Shown here piece after piece: positions 9,698 through 20,470 of a DNA stretch of 64,000 nucleotides (position 1 is its first letter; each line of letters opens with the position of its first letter). Under the pieces are notes generated by a model. It had not been told where the DNA came from, did no database searches, and saw only the letters and a program-made list of their open reading frames with translations. Source of the DNA: Prochlorococcus sp. AG-355-B18 (lineage in GTDB: Bacteria > Cyanobacteriota > Cyanobacteriia > PCC-6307 > Cyanobiaceae); the NCBI GenBank assembly GCA_003280965.1, contig QCDI01000003.1:32001-96000 (forward strand). The letters run 5' to 3'. Made by a program: the position numbers and the translations under genes.

Positions 9698-10545
9698 CAA
9701 ATATTACAACATGGATAGATGAATATCATAAAGGCTCAAGATTCGGCCTAAATGGGAAAATTTTAATTAAAAAAACCTCAAAATATCAAGAAATTCTTGT
9801 TATTGAAAATGAATATTATGGTAAAGCTTTAATGTTAGATGGTTGCTGGATGACATCATCAAAAGACGAGAAATATTATCATGAGTGTCTTGTGCATCCT
9901 GCATTAACTAGTATTGATGAAAAATCTAAAGTACTAATTATTGGCGGAGGTGACGGTGGTACTGTAAGAGAATGCGTTAAATATTCTCAAATATCAAAAA
10001 TTGATCTAGTAGAAATTGATGAGGAGGTAATCAAAATATCTAAAAAATTTCTAAAAGAAATTGGAGGCGAAGCATGGAATGATAAAAGATTAGAAATACA
10101 TGTTGATGATGGCGTTAAATGGGTAAAAAAAACAAAAGATAATTTTTACGACGTTATATTTATAGATTGTTCAGATCCCTCGGAATTTTCAAGTTTATTA
10201 TTTTCAGATTCATTTTATAAAGAATGTAAAAGAATACTTTCACCAAGAGGGATATTAGCAACGCAAAGCGAATCTCCTGAATCCTTCAAAAATATTCACA
10301 TAAATATTTTGAAAACCTTAAAAAATATATTTAAAGTTTCTGAAACTATGTATTCCTTCGTGCCTATATATCCAAGCGGGATTTGGAGTTGGACATTTGC
10401 TTCTTCAGAAAATCTAAATTTATCAAAGCAAAGTTATGATGAAGTCCTAAAAATAGAAAAAGGATGTGAAATTTGGAATTTAAATTTTCAAAATGCAGCA
10501 TTTAAAATGATGCCAAATAAAATTGTAAAAGAACTAGATTCATAA
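9694..10545 (+). CDS. speE: Spermidine synthase / polyamine aminopropyltransferase
   Basis: YHECLVHP, IIGGGDGGTVRE, VEIDEEV, DVIFIDCSDP. Confidence 0.95.
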   Translation: MTNITTWIDEYHKGSRFGLNGKILIKKTSKYQEILVIENEYYGKALMLDGCWMTSSKDEKYYHECLVHPALTSIDEKSKVLIIGGGDGGTVRECVKYSQISKIDLVEIDEEVIKISKKFLKEIGGEAWNDKRLEIHVDDGVKWVKKTKDNFYDVIFIDCSDPSEFSSLLFSDSFYKECKRILSPRGILATQSESPESFKNIHINILKTLKNIFKVSETMYSFVPIYPSGIWSWTFASSENLNLSKQSYDEVLKIEKGCEIWNLNFQNAAFKMMPNKIVKELDS

Positions 10546-10546
10546 G

Positions 10547-11428
10547 ATGACAAAAAATTTATTTGATAACGAAAATGCAATTTATATGGGAGCAAAAAGA
10601 AGTTCTGAAAATTGCTCAATTGGTATATTTGGAGTTAATTATGACGGGACATGTTCGTTTAAACCAGGAGCAAGATTTGGTCCAGAAGCAATAAGACAAG
10701 TCAGTTCTTGTTTAGAAACATATTGTCCAAAAATAAAAAAAGACTTACAGGATATTATGTATGTTGATTTTGGATCAATACTAATTGATAAAAATGACTC
10801 AAAGTCCGTTATTGAATCGGTTAAATCAGCAACAAATTATTTAATTAGTAAACGCCTTAGTCCTATTATGCTTGGAGGCGAACACTCTATTACAAGAGGG
10901 GCTATTGAAGCATTAGTAAAAAAATATCCAGATTTGATATTGGTTCAACTTGATGCTCATGCAGATTTAAGAGAATCATATATAGGAAATGAACATAGTC
11001 ATGCTTGTACTATGAAAAGATGCTTAGAAGTGCTACCTGAAAAAAAAATTTTGCAAGTAGGAATTAGAAGTGGGACTAAAGAAGAATTTGAAATTATGCA
11101 TAAAAACAACCAATTAGTTAACTTTTGTCCAGGCGGAAATACACATGAGTTAAAACAAGCTCTTCTACCATACGCTAAGTCTCCAATCTATTTAACAATA
11201 GATTTAGATTGGTTTGATCCCAGTTTACTAGCAGGGACGGGCACTCCAGAACCGGGAGGATTTTTTTGGAATGATTTTGAAGAGATACTTAAAACTTTAA
11301 AAGAACTTAGAATCGTGGGATCAGATATTGTGGAATTATCTCCAGAAATTGATAGAAGCGGAGTAAGTAGCATAGTTGCAGCCAAAGTACTTAGAAGCTT
11401 AATTTTGTCATTAGAAAATATGCAATAA
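10547..11428 (+). CDS. speB: Agmatinase
   Basis: GARFGP, GGEHS, DAHADL, DLDWFDP, GTGTPEPGG ureohydrolase motifs. Confidence 0.95.
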   Translation: MTKNLFDNENAIYMGAKRSSENCSIGIFGVNYDGTCSFKPGARFGPEAIRQVSSCLETYCPKIKKDLQDIMYVDFGSILIDKNDSKSVIESVKSATNYLISKRLSPIMLGGEHSITRGAIEALVKKYPDLILVQLDAHADLRESYIGNEHSHACTMKRCLEVLPEKKILQVGIRSGTKEEFEIMHKNNQLVNFCPGGNTHELKQALLPYAKSPIYLTIDLDWFDPSLLAGTGTPEPGGFFWNDFEEILKTLKELRIVGSDIVELSPEIDRSGVSSIVAAKVLRSLILSLENMQ

Positions 11429-11478
11429 AAAATTTCTAAACTAAAGTGTAGAAATACTAAATAGAAACTAAATATTTC

Positions 11479-12591
11479 ATGGATTTGCTAAAAAGTCCTC
11501 TTTATTCAAAATATGTTGAATCCAATGCAAAATTAGTTGATTTTGCAGGTTGGGAAATGCCCATATCATTTTCAGGATTAATTAAAGAGCATGAATCAGT
11601 TAGATATTCAGCAGGATTATTTGATATTTCTCACATGGGTGTGATTTCCATCAAGGGAATCAATCCAAAGGATTATATTCAAAAACTTTTTCCTACTAAT
11701 TTATACTCCTTTTGTGAAGGTCAGGGGCTTTATACAGTAATGCTCAATGATAAAGGAGGAATAATAGATGACTTAATAATTTATGACCTTGGTATACAAA
11801 AAAATGACATATCAGAATTATTGTTAATAGTTAATGCAAGTAGATATGAAGAAGATTTTCAGTGGATAAAAAATAATTTAAATATGTCCGAAATTTCGAT
11901 AACAAACTTTAAAAAAGACAACGTACTTTTAGCACTACAGGGAAAAAACTCATTCAGTTTATTTGAAGAATGGATTAAATCTTCGATCTCACATATCCCT
12001 AACTTTGGATGCGAATATAAAATTTTTGAACATATTTCGCCTAAGGAAAAAATTTTCTTTTCAAAGACAGGCTATACGGGGGAAAATGGTCTAGAAATAC
12101 TTTTATCTAAAAAAGCAGCAATTAATTTATGGGATTTCTCAATTTCTAAAAATGTTGCACCTTGTGGTTTAGGAGCTAGAGATACTCTTAGACTTGAAGC
12201 AGGCATGCATCTTTATGGGCAAGACATAAATGAAGAAACTTCTCCATATGAAGCAGGGTTAGGATGGCTAGTACATCTAGAAAATAATCACGAATTCATT
12301 GGCAGAAGAGTTCTTGAAGAGCAGTCAAGATTAGGCATTCAAAAAAAGTTAGTTGGTATCTCTATAAAAGGTAAAGCAATAGGAAGAAAAGGGTGCGCAG
12401 TGCTTAAAGGGGATGAGAATATTGGAACTATCACTAGCGGCAGTTGGTCTCCAACTAAACAACAAGCTATTGCTTTTGCATACATCAATACTTCGCATGC
12501 CTTAATAAATAATGAAGTTGAAATCTCAATAAGAGGCAAAAAATTCAACGGGGTTATAACAAAAAGAGCGTTTTATAAAAAGAATTATTAA
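11479..12591 (+). CDS. gcvT: Glycine cleavage system aminomethyltransferase T
   Basis: [35 protein letters not shown]. Confidence 0.96.
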   Translation: MDLLKSPLYSKYVESNAKLVDFAGWEMPISFSGLIKEHESVRYSAGLFDISHMGVISIKGINPKDYIQKLFPTNLYSFCEGQGLYTVMLNDKGGIIDDLIIYDLGIQKNDISELLLIVNASRYEEDFQWIKNNLNMSEISITNFKKDNVLLALQGKNSFSLFEEWIKSSISHIPNFGCEYKIFEHISPKEKIFFSKTGYTGENGLEILLSKKAAINLWDFSISKNVAPCGLGARDTLRLEAGMHLYGQDINEETSPYEAGLGWLVHLENNHEFIGRRVLEEQSRLGIQKKLVGISIKGKAIGRKGCAVLKGDENIGTITSGSWSPTKQQAIAFAYINTSHALINNEVEISIRGKKFNGVITKRAFYKKNY

Positions 12592-12646
12592 CTAAATTTA
12601 CCCTTAAAGAATTATTATAAGTTATTGATAAATAAACCATACTTAG

Positions 12647-14443
12647 ATGAGAAACAAAATTTGTGAAGAACTCAATAATACAGATATTGGTAAATTAGTT
12701 AATTTATGCGGATGGGTCGATAGAAGAAGAGATCATGGTGGTGTAATTTTTATTGATTTAAGAGACCATAGTGGATTCCTACAAATAACAATTAACCCCG
12801 ATGATGGTGCAGATCTATTTAAACAGGCAGAAACTCTAAGAAATGAAACAGTAATAATGGTCAGCGGAATTATTAATGAAAGGCCCAAAGATTCCATAAA
12901 TACAAATTTAAGTACTGGAGAGTTAGAGCTTAAGGTTAAAGATTTGCAAATTCTCAACCAAATTAAAAACAACTTACCTTTTCCAGTATCTATTCATGAT
13001 TATGAAAATACTAAAGAGGAACTCAGATTAAAATATAGATACCTTGATTTAAGAAGGGGAAAATTACTAGAAAATTTAAAAACAAGACATAAGATTATTA
13101 AAGTTGCTAGAGAATTTCTTGATAATGTTGGATTTACAGAAGTAGAGACCCCATTACTTACAAAGTCAACTCCTGAAGGGGCTCGCGATTTTCTTGTTCC
13201 TGCACGTCTTTCAAATGGAGAATTTTTTGCTTTACCTCAATCCCCACAACTCTTTAAACAACTTTTAATGGTTGGGGGCTTAGATAAGTATTATCAAATC
13301 GCAAAATGTTTCCGTGATGAAGACTTAAGGGCAGATAGACAGCCAGAGTTTACTCAATTAGATATTGAGATGAGCTTTATTAGTGAAGAAGAAATAATTT
13401 CTTTTAATGAAAGTCTCATAAAAAAAATATGGAAAGAAGTGTTAAATATTAATTTTAATAATGCTTTTCCAAGAATGACATGGCAGGCAGCAATGGATAA
13501 TTACGGCACTGATAGACCAGATACTAGATATCAAATGTTATTGAAAGATTTAGGAGGAGTATTAGGTAATATTGGATTTAATATTTTCACCAAGGCAATT
13601 AAGTCTGGAGGGTATATAAAATCCATAACAGTCAAAGGAGGCAATTCAAGTATTAGCAACGTAAGAATTAAACCGGGAGGTGACATCTTCAAAGTAGCTC
13701 AAGACGCAGGAGCTGGTGGTTTAGCCTTTATAAGGGTCAAAGGAGATGAGCTTGAGACTATTGGGGCAATTAAAAATAATTTAAGTGAAAAGCATATAGC
13801 TGATATTTTAAAAATCACAGAAGCAAAAGATGGAGACTTAATCCTCTTAGGAGCTGGAGATAAACAAATTGTCAATCAGTCATTAGATAGAGTTAGACAA
13901 TATATCGCAAAAGAATTAAATCTCATAGATAAAAGCAAATGGAATTTCTTATGGGTAACTGACTTCCCTATGTTTGAGAGAAATGAAGATGAAAATAGAT
14001 ATGAAGCTTTACACCATCCGTTTTGTTCTCCAAAAAATATAAAATCTAAAGATTCTGAAAACTTGCAAAAAGAAATTGAGAGCTCTACAGCAAATGCTTA
14101 TGACTTAGTTCTTAATGGATTGGAGTTGGGAGGTGGCTCTTTACGTATTCATGAAGCGAACTTACAAAGAGAGGTTCTGAAAACGGTAGGACTTACTGAT
14201 AAAGAGATTGATGAAAAATTTGGATTTTTAATAGAAGCCTTAGAAATGGGTGCTCCTCCTCATGGTGGAATAGCGTTTGGATTGGATCGTATTACCATGC
14301 TGATCATTGGCGCAGATTCAATCAGAGAAACAATTGCTTTTCCAAAAAATCAACAAGCAAAATGTCTTCTCACAAATGCACCTTCAAATGTCTCTAAATC
14401 ACAATTAAAAGAATTAGATATTGAAATAACAATTGATGAATAA
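12647..14443 (+). CDS. aspS: Aspartate--tRNA ligase
   Basis: [56 protein letters not shown]. Confidence 0.98.
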   Translation: MRNKICEELNNTDIGKLVNLCGWVDRRRDHGGVIFIDLRDHSGFLQITINPDDGADLFKQAETLRNETVIMVSGIINERPKDSINTNLSTGELELKVKDLQILNQIKNNLPFPVSIHDYENTKEELRLKYRYLDLRRGKLLENLKTRHKIIKVAREFLDNVGFTEVETPLLTKSTPEGARDFLVPARLSNGEFFALPQSPQLFKQLLMVGGLDKYYQIAKCFRDEDLRADRQPEFTQLDIEMSFISEEEIISFNESLIKKIWKEVLNINFNNAFPRMTWQAAMDNYGTDRPDTRYQMLLKDLGGVLGNIGFNIFTKAIKSGGYIKSITVKGGNSSISNVRIKPGGDIFKVAQDAGAGGLAFIRVKGDELETIGAIKNNLSEKHIADILKITEAKDGDLILLGAGDKQIVNQSLDRVRQYIAKELNLIDKSKWNFLWVTDFPMFERNEDENRYEALHHPFCSPKNIKSKDSENLQKEIESSTANAYDLVLNGLELGGGSLRIHEANLQREVLKTVGLTDKEIDEKFGFLIEALEMGAPPHGGIAFGLDRITMLIIGADSIRETIAFPKNQQAKCLLTNAPSNVSKSQLKELDIEITIDE

Positions 14444-14518
14444 GAATATATATGGATGTTCTAAAAGTTTTTTGTTTAAATAAAATATAAGGAGGCTGTG
14501 CTTAATTAAAAATATTTA

Positions 14519-16129
14519 ATGTCAAAATTTGTTTTTGTCACCGGAGGAGTAGTTTCTAGCATTGGTAAAGGAATTGTAGCTGCAAGCTTAGGAAGATTAT
14601 TAAAGTCTAGAGGATATAGTGTTTCAATATTAAAACTAGATCCATATCTAAATGTTGATCCAGGAACAATGAGCCCTTTCCAACATGGAGAAGTATTTGT
14701 AACCGAAGATGGGGCTGAAACCGATCTAGATTTAGGTCACTATGAAAGATTTACTGATACTGCAATGACTAGGTTAAATAGCGTGACCACGGGATCTATC
14801 TATCAAGCAGTTATTAATAAAGAAAGAAGAGGTAGTTATGACGGTGGAACTGTACAAGTAATACCTCACATAACGGGAGAAATAAGAGAAAGAATTCATA
14901 GAGTAGCCGCCAACAGTAATGCAGATATTATTATTACTGAAATTGGTGGAACAGTTGGTGATATTGAATCTCTACCTTTTTTAGAGGCTATTAGAGAATT
15001 CAAAAATGATGTCAACAGGAACGATGTTGCATACATACACGTAACATTACTCCCTTACATCAAAACCTCTGGCGAAATAAAAACTAAACCAACACAACAT
15101 TCAGTGAAAGAATTAAGATCAATTGGAATTCAGCCAGATTTACTTGTATGCCGAAGTGATAAATCTATCAATGAAGCCCTTAAAAAGAAGCTTAGTGGTT
15201 TTTGCGGTGTCAGTATCAACTCTGTAATTGAAGCTTTAGACGCAGACAGTATTTATTCTGTACCTCTTTCTTTAAAAAAAGAAGGTTTATGCAAAGAAAC
15301 CCTGCAGTATTTAGACCTTGAAGATAAAAAATGTGATTTGAAAAATTGGGAGCAACTAATACACAACCTAAGAAATCCTGGAGCTCCAATCAAAGTTGCT
15401 TTAGTGGGTAAATACATTGAACTTGGAGATGCATATTTATCCGTTGTTGAAGCTTTAAGACATGCATGCATTGAACAAAGAGCTTTATTAGATTTACATT
15501 GGGTAAGTGCTGAAATGATAGAAAAAAATTCAGCAGAAACTTACTTAAATGAAGTTGATGCAATTGTCGTACCCGGGGGATTTGGAAATAGAGGAGTAAA
15601 TGGAAAAATTTCGGCTATAAAATTCGCAAGAGAAAATAAAATTCCCTTTTTAGGTTTGTGCCTTGGCATGCAATGTGCAGTTATAGAATGGGCCAGGAAT
15701 ATAGCTAATCTTCCAGATGCATCTAGTTCAGAACTGGACCCAAACACTTCAAATCCAGTGATACATTTATTACCAGAACAGGAAGATGTAGTTGATTTAG
15801 GTGGGACAATGAGACTTGGAGTTTATCCATGTAGACTGACAAAAAATACAACTGGAAAAAACTTATATGATGAGGATGTTATTTATGAGAGACATCGACA
15901 TAGATACGAATTTAATAATTACTACAAACAAAGTTTTTTAGATTCTGGATATAAAATTAGTGGTACATCACCAGATGGCAGATTAGTTGAGTTAATTGAG
16001 TTAGAAAATCATCCATACTTCTTAGCCTGTCAATATCATCCTGAGTTTTTATCAAGACCTGGCAAACCTCATCCTTTATTTAAAGGATTAATAAAAGCCT
16101 CTCAAGATAAGTTAACTCAATCAAATTAA
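14519..16129 (+). CDS. pyrG: CTP synthase
   Basis: [39 protein letters not shown]. Confidence 0.99.
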   Translation: MSKFVFVTGGVVSSIGKGIVAASLGRLLKSRGYSVSILKLDPYLNVDPGTMSPFQHGEVFVTEDGAETDLDLGHYERFTDTAMTRLNSVTTGSIYQAVINKERRGSYDGGTVQVIPHITGEIRERIHRVAANSNADIIITEIGGTVGDIESLPFLEAIREFKNDVNRNDVAYIHVTLLPYIKTSGEIKTKPTQHSVKELRSIGIQPDLLVCRSDKSINEALKKKLSGFCGVSINSVIEALDADSIYSVPLSLKKEGLCKETLQYLDLEDKKCDLKNWEQLIHNLRNPGAPIKVALVGKYIELGDAYLSVVEALRHACIEQRALLDLHWVSAEMIEKNSAETYLNEVDAIVVPGGFGNRGVNGKISAIKFARENKIPFLGLCLGMQCAVIEWARNIANLPDASSSELDPNTSNPVIHLLPEQEDVVDLGGTMRLGVYPCRLTKNTTGKNLYDEDVIYERHRHRYEFNNYYKQSFLDSGYKISGTSPDGRLVELIELENHPYFLACQYHPEFLSRPGKPHPLFKGLIKASQDKLTQSN

Positions 16130-16147
16130 TATTCTTTATTTTTTTGA

Positions 16148-16825
16148 ATGAAAATGACAAATTTTTTACCCTTAGTAGAACAATTTCATTCATTACAAGG
16201 TGAAGGTTATCACGCTGGAAAAAGTGCTTTTTTTGTAAGATTAGCCGGATGCAAAGTTGGATGTTCGTGGTGCGATACCAAGAATTCATGGGACGAGAAA
16301 AAACACCCTTCTATATCAATTGAAAAAATAATAGATCGCATAAAAATTGCCAGAAAAAAAGGAGCATCTTTTTGCGTTATTACAGGTGGAGAACCTTTAC
16401 AACATAACTTGGATAATTTTTGCAAAGCTATAAAGAAAATGACAATGGAAGAAGAACAAAAGCCAATGAAGATTCATATTGAGACAAGTGGAGTTAATTC
16501 GATATCAGGAAGCTATGACTGGATTACTTTATCTCCTAAAAGACACTCACCTCCAAAAAATTATTTTTTAAAAAACTGTAATGAGATCAAAATAATCATA
16601 AATGAAATAGAAGATATTGAATTTGCTATTCAAATAAAAAAAGAAACTTTAAAACAATATCAACTCTCTAAAAGCAAAGATGGCTTAAAAAAAGAAGATA
16701 AAATTTTTTATTTACAGCCAGCATGGAACAATGCGAATGGTTTTTCTCTTGCTATTGATTTCGTAAAAAATAACCCCGATTGGAAATTGAGCCTTCAAAC
16801 TCACAAATACTTAAAAATTAATTGA
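16148..16825 (+). CDS. queE: 7-carboxy-7-deazaguanine synthase (radical SAM); start could be 16154
   Basis: SLQGEG, CKVGCSWCDT (CxxxCxxC), TGGEP, LSLQTHK. Confidence 0.93.
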   Translation: MKMTNFLPLVEQFHSLQGEGYHAGKSAFFVRLAGCKVGCSWCDTKNSWDEKKHPSISIEKIIDRIKIARKKGASFCVITGGEPLQHNLDNFCKAIKKMTMEEEQKPMKIHIETSGVNSISGSYDWITLSPKRHSPPKNYFLKNCNEIKIIINEIEDIEFAIQIKKETLKQYQLSKSKDGLKKEDKIFYLQPAWNNANGFSLAIDFVKNNPDWKLSLQTHKYLKIN

Positions 16826-16831
16826 AATCAT

Positions 16832-17503
16832 ATGACTCTTAAAAATAAATCGATAGTAGTTTTATTATCTGGAGGTTTAGATTCTTCTACAGTTACTGGT
16901 ATCGCCAAAAAATCCGAAGCTAAAATTTTTGGCCTTTCATTTGACTACGGTCAACGTCATAAAAAAGAATTAAATTCTGCATCAATAATTGCAAAACACT
17001 TTGATATCGACGAATTTAAAATCATTAAGCTTGACTTATCTTTATGGGGAGGCTCGTCATTAACTGATACTCAAAAAAATATTCCAATAGAAGGAGTACA
17101 AACTAATAAAATTCCTAATACTTATGTTCCTGGGAGAAATACTATATTTATTTCCGTTGCACTAAGTTTTGCCGAAGCAATAGATGCTGATTTTATAGGA
17201 TTAGGAGTTAATGCACTAGATTATTCCGGTTATCCAGATTGCAGACCTGACTACATTAAAAAATTTCAAGAATTAGCAGATTTATCCAATAAAAGAGGAA
17301 GAGAAAATAATCCAATAAAACTTTGGACACCACTATTAGATTTAAATAAAGAGGAAATTATTAAATTAGCTTTTGATAATCATGTCCCTTTAGATAAAAC
17401 ATGGAGTTGTTATTCGGGCAATTCAAAACCATGCGGTAAGTGTGATAGCTGCAGAATTAGAAATGCTGCTTATGAAAAATGGCTTAATAATAATAATAAA
17501 TGA
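16832..17503 (+). CDS. queC: 7-cyano-7-deazaguanine synthase
   Basis: LLSGGLDS, YVPGRN, GYPDCR, TWSCY...CGKCDSC. Confidence 0.96.
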   Translation: MTLKNKSIVVLLSGGLDSSTVTGIAKKSEAKIFGLSFDYGQRHKKELNSASIIAKHFDIDEFKIIKLDLSLWGGSSLTDTQKNIPIEGVQTNKIPNTYVPGRNTIFISVALSFAEAIDADFIGLGVNALDYSGYPDCRPDYIKKFQELADLSNKRGRENNPIKLWTPLLDLNKEEIIKLAFDNHVPLDKTWSCYSGNSKPCGKCDSCRIRNAAYEKWLNNNNK

Positions 17504-18813
17504 AAATAAAAAAAATAATTCTAGAAAAATGGATAGATCCAGCACTGATTACGCATCATCTAACAAAAAAATTTGGAGATAAAGGATTAGCTTGGCTAGA
17601 CAGCGATGGCAAAGAAAATGGGGAATGGTCAATAATAGGAATTCAACCTAAAAAAATAATCCAATCAAGAGATATCAATAACTTAGACAAAACTAATAAT
17701 CCATTTAACAATTTAAGAAATATTGAAAAAGGATTTTGGATCGGATGGTTAAGTTATGAAGCTGGAGTTTACATAGAACCAAAAAACCCATGGAAAAAAT
17801 CTAATATGGCAACTTTATGGATTGCATCATATGATCCAATCATTAAATGTAATCTAATAAAAAAAGAAATAATTATCGAAGGCACAAACTCATCTGAACT
17901 GATGAATTATAAAAACATTATCAACAATATAAAAAATATCGAAGAAGAAAATATTATTAAAACAAAGTTGAATTTTGATTTTTCAAAAATAAATTTGGAC
18001 GAAATGGCTGAAAAATTTCAGAAAAATATTTTAAAATTGAAAAAATTAATTTCCTTAGGAGATATATTTCAAGCAAACCTAACAACTAAATGCGAAATTG
18101 AATCTTCCAAAAACTATAATCCTCTAGATATTTATTTGAAAATAAGAGGGAAATTAAGAGCTCCCTTTGGAGGAATAATAATAAATAATAATTATAAAGA
18201 GGCTGTATTATCTACCTCGCCAGAAAGATTTTTAAAAATAGATAATAAAAATTTTGTAGAATCAAGACCTATCAAAGGAACTAGATCCAGAGATAAAGAT
18301 TTAAATCAAGACGCACTTAATGCTATCGATTTAATAACTAACGAGAAAGATAGAGCAGAAAATATTATGATTGTTGACCTAATAAGAAATGATTTAAGTA
18401 AAGTTTGCGAAACAGGAAGTATTATGGTGCCAGAAATATTAAAACTTGAAAGTTTCTTAAAAGTTCATCATCTAACTTCAGTAATCAGAGGCAAATTAAA
18501 AAAAGACACGAACTGGATTGATTTACTAAAAGCTTGTTGGCCTGGGGGCTCTATAACTGGAGCACCTAAATTAAGATCATGCCAGAGACTTTTTGAATTA
18601 GAAGAATGTGAACGCGGACCATACTGTGGCTCATTTTTGAAGCTTGACTGGAATGGAGAGTTTGACAGCAATATACTAATAAGATCATTTTTAATTAAAG
18701 ACAAAAAAATCAATATATATGCTGGGTGCGGAATAGTTATTGACTCAGACCCGGAGGAGGAAACTGATGAACTAAAGTGGAAACTTTTACCATTAATTGA
18801 TTCACTAAAATGA
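17500..18813 (+). CDS. pabB: Aminodeoxychorismate synthase component I (TrpE/PabB family)
   Basis: SPERFL, SRPIKGT, AENIMIVDLIRNDL, PGGSITGAPK; coupled to a class IV aminotransferase gene. Confidence 0.85.
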   Translation: MKIKKIILEKWIDPALITHHLTKKFGDKGLAWLDSDGKENGEWSIIGIQPKKIIQSRDINNLDKTNNPFNNLRNIEKGFWIGWLSYEAGVYIEPKNPWKKSNMATLWIASYDPIIKCNLIKKEIIIEGTNSSELMNYKNIINNIKNIEEENIIKTKLNFDFSKINLDEMAEKFQKNILKLKKLISLGDIFQANLTTKCEIESSKNYNPLDIYLKIRGKLRAPFGGIIINNNYKEAVLSTSPERFLKIDNKNFVESRPIKGTRSRDKDLNQDALNAIDLITNEKDRAENIMIVDLIRNDLSKVCETGSIMVPEILKLESFLKVHHLTSVIRGKLKKDTNWIDLLKACWPGGSITGAPKLRSCQRLFELEECERGPYCGSFLKLDWNGEFDSNILIRSFLIKDKKINIYAGCGIVIDSDPEEETDELKWKLLPLIDSLK

Positions 18814-19637
18814 TTGAAACATTAGGCTGGTACAAGGATCAATGGTTGGATATTGATAGAATATTTATTGCTGCTAATAATAGAGGATTAAAATTTGCTG
18901 ATGGTATATTTGAAACCATTTTGATAAAAGAAAACAAACCTATTCTTTTTGATGAACATCTGAAAAGATTAGAAAAAAGTAGCAAGATTTTAAATATTAA
19001 CCTCAAAATAAATAAATTAACTTTGAGACAACTTATTCACGATGGAATTAAAAAGTTATCGCTTAAAAATGATCAATTTGCTTCAGTAAGAATAAACTAT
19101 AGTCGAGGAACTAATGAAGGTCGAACACTAAGAATTGATAGCACTTTAGAGACAAAAAATTTGGACAATTTATGGCTTGAGTTTTATAGAATTAAACCAA
19201 ATTTTAATCCGATAAACGTTTGCATTAGTCAAACGGAAAAAATAAATGAATTCAGTCTTATTAGTAAATGCAAAACATTTTCATATAATCAGGCAATACA
19301 AGTTTTGACAGAAGCTAATGAAAAATCATTTGATGATTCTATCCTTTTGAATACCTCAGGTGAACTTTGTTGTGGAAGTACATTTAATCTTCTAATTAAA
19401 AGAAATAATCAATGGATAACTCCTAGAAAAGAGAGCGGCTGTTTAGAGGGGATTATGGTCTCTCAAGCTTTAAAATTGAAAATTGTAAAAGAAGAATTAA
19501 TTCCTCCAGAATTTCAAAATGATGACATAATAGTTGCAATTAATAGCTTATCTTGCAGACAAATTTATCAAGTTAATGATTTAAAGCTTAAACCTAAATT
19601 CGATCCAATTTACTTTTGGGATTTATTATATAGTTGA
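18810..19637 (+). CDS. pabC: Class IV aminotransferase family, probable 4-amino-4-deoxychorismate lyase
   Basis: RGLKFADGIFET, HLKRL, GCLEGI, INSL; ATGA overlap with pabB. Confidence 0.75.
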   Translation: MIETLGWYKDQWLDIDRIFIAANNRGLKFADGIFETILIKENKPILFDEHLKRLEKSSKILNINLKINKLTLRQLIHDGIKKLSLKNDQFASVRINYSRGTNEGRTLRIDSTLETKNLDNLWLEFYRIKPNFNPINVCISQTEKINEFSLISKCKTFSYNQAIQVLTEANEKSFDDSILLNTSGELCCGSTFNLLIKRNNQWITPRKESGCLEGIMVSQALKLKIVKEELIPPEFQNDDIIVAINSLSCRQIYQVNDLKLKPKFDPIYFWDLLYS

Positions 19638-20413
19638 ACTTTATTAATATCTGGTAAATAGACATCAGATACTTTAGTTATATTGTTATTAACCTTAAAT
19701 TCAACAATTTTTCCAATAATGATAATTGATGGAGCTAAAAATTCTTTATCTTTGATTTTATCTGGAAGATTATCTAATTTCTCTATCAAACATTTTTGAT
19801 TTTTTAAAGTAGCTTCTTGAATAACAGCGCATTTAGTACTCTTATCTAAACCACCTAGAATTAATTCTTCCACAATAAATTCAATATTTTTTATACCCAT
19901 AAAAATTACTAAGCTATCTGATGATTTAGCTAAATCTCTCCAATTCACTGTCTTTTTTTCCTTATCTACACGCTCATGTCCAGTGACGAAAGTTACGGAA
20001 CTCGCAGCATCTCTATGGGTAAGTGGAATACCAAAATATGTAGGGGCAGCTATACCAGACGTAATCCCTGGCACTATTTCAACTGAAATTCCATTTTTTT
20101 CTAAAATCGATACCTCTTCACCACCTCTAGAAAAAACGAATGGGTCTCCCCCTTTAAGCCTTACAACATTTTTGCCTTCTTTTGCCAATTTCAAAATAAG
20201 AGCATTAGTTTCATTCTGAGGTACAGAACACTTTCCAGCTCTTTTACCTACATGGAAAATTTCTGTATGTTTTCCTGCCTCTTTTGTTATTTCATCCGGG
20301 ATCAAAGCATCATGTACTAATGCATCACAATTTTTTATTAGGCGTAAAGCTTTTAGAGTTAGAAGCTCAGGGTCACCAGGACCTGCTCCAACTAAATAAA
20401 CAATGCCGGGCAC
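19610..20413 (-). CDS. cobA: Uroporphyrinogen-III C-methyltransferase (GTG 20413 after GGAG; alternative ATG 20425)
   Basis: VYLVGAGPGDPELLTLKA, RLKGGDPFVFSRGGEE, VPGITS, GIPLTHR. Confidence 0.95.
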   Translation of the reverse strand: MPGIVYLVGAGPGDPELLTLKALRLIKNCDALVHDALIPDEITKEAGKHTEIFHVGKRAGKCSVPQNETNALILKLAKEGKNVVRLKGGDPFVFSRGGEEVSILEKNGISVEIVPGITSGIAAPTYFGIPLTHRDAASSVTFVTGHERVDKEKKTVNWRDLAKSSDSLVIFMGIKNIEFIVEELILGGLDKSTKCAVIQEATLKNQKCLIEKLDNLPDKIKDKEFLAPSIIIIGKIVEFKVNNNITKVSDVYLPDINKVQLYNKSQK

Positions 20414-20470
20414 AATAATCTCCATTAACAAGTATGGTAGTAGAAGTTAATGGTAATGAAGGTAAATATT

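Noticed and set aside
14481..14518. GGAGG upstream of pyrG as an RBS/uORF (GTG CTT AAT TAA) or as Bacillus-type reiterative-transcription control
   Set aside because: SD spacing fits neither start; no GGGC start or attenuator hairpin visible
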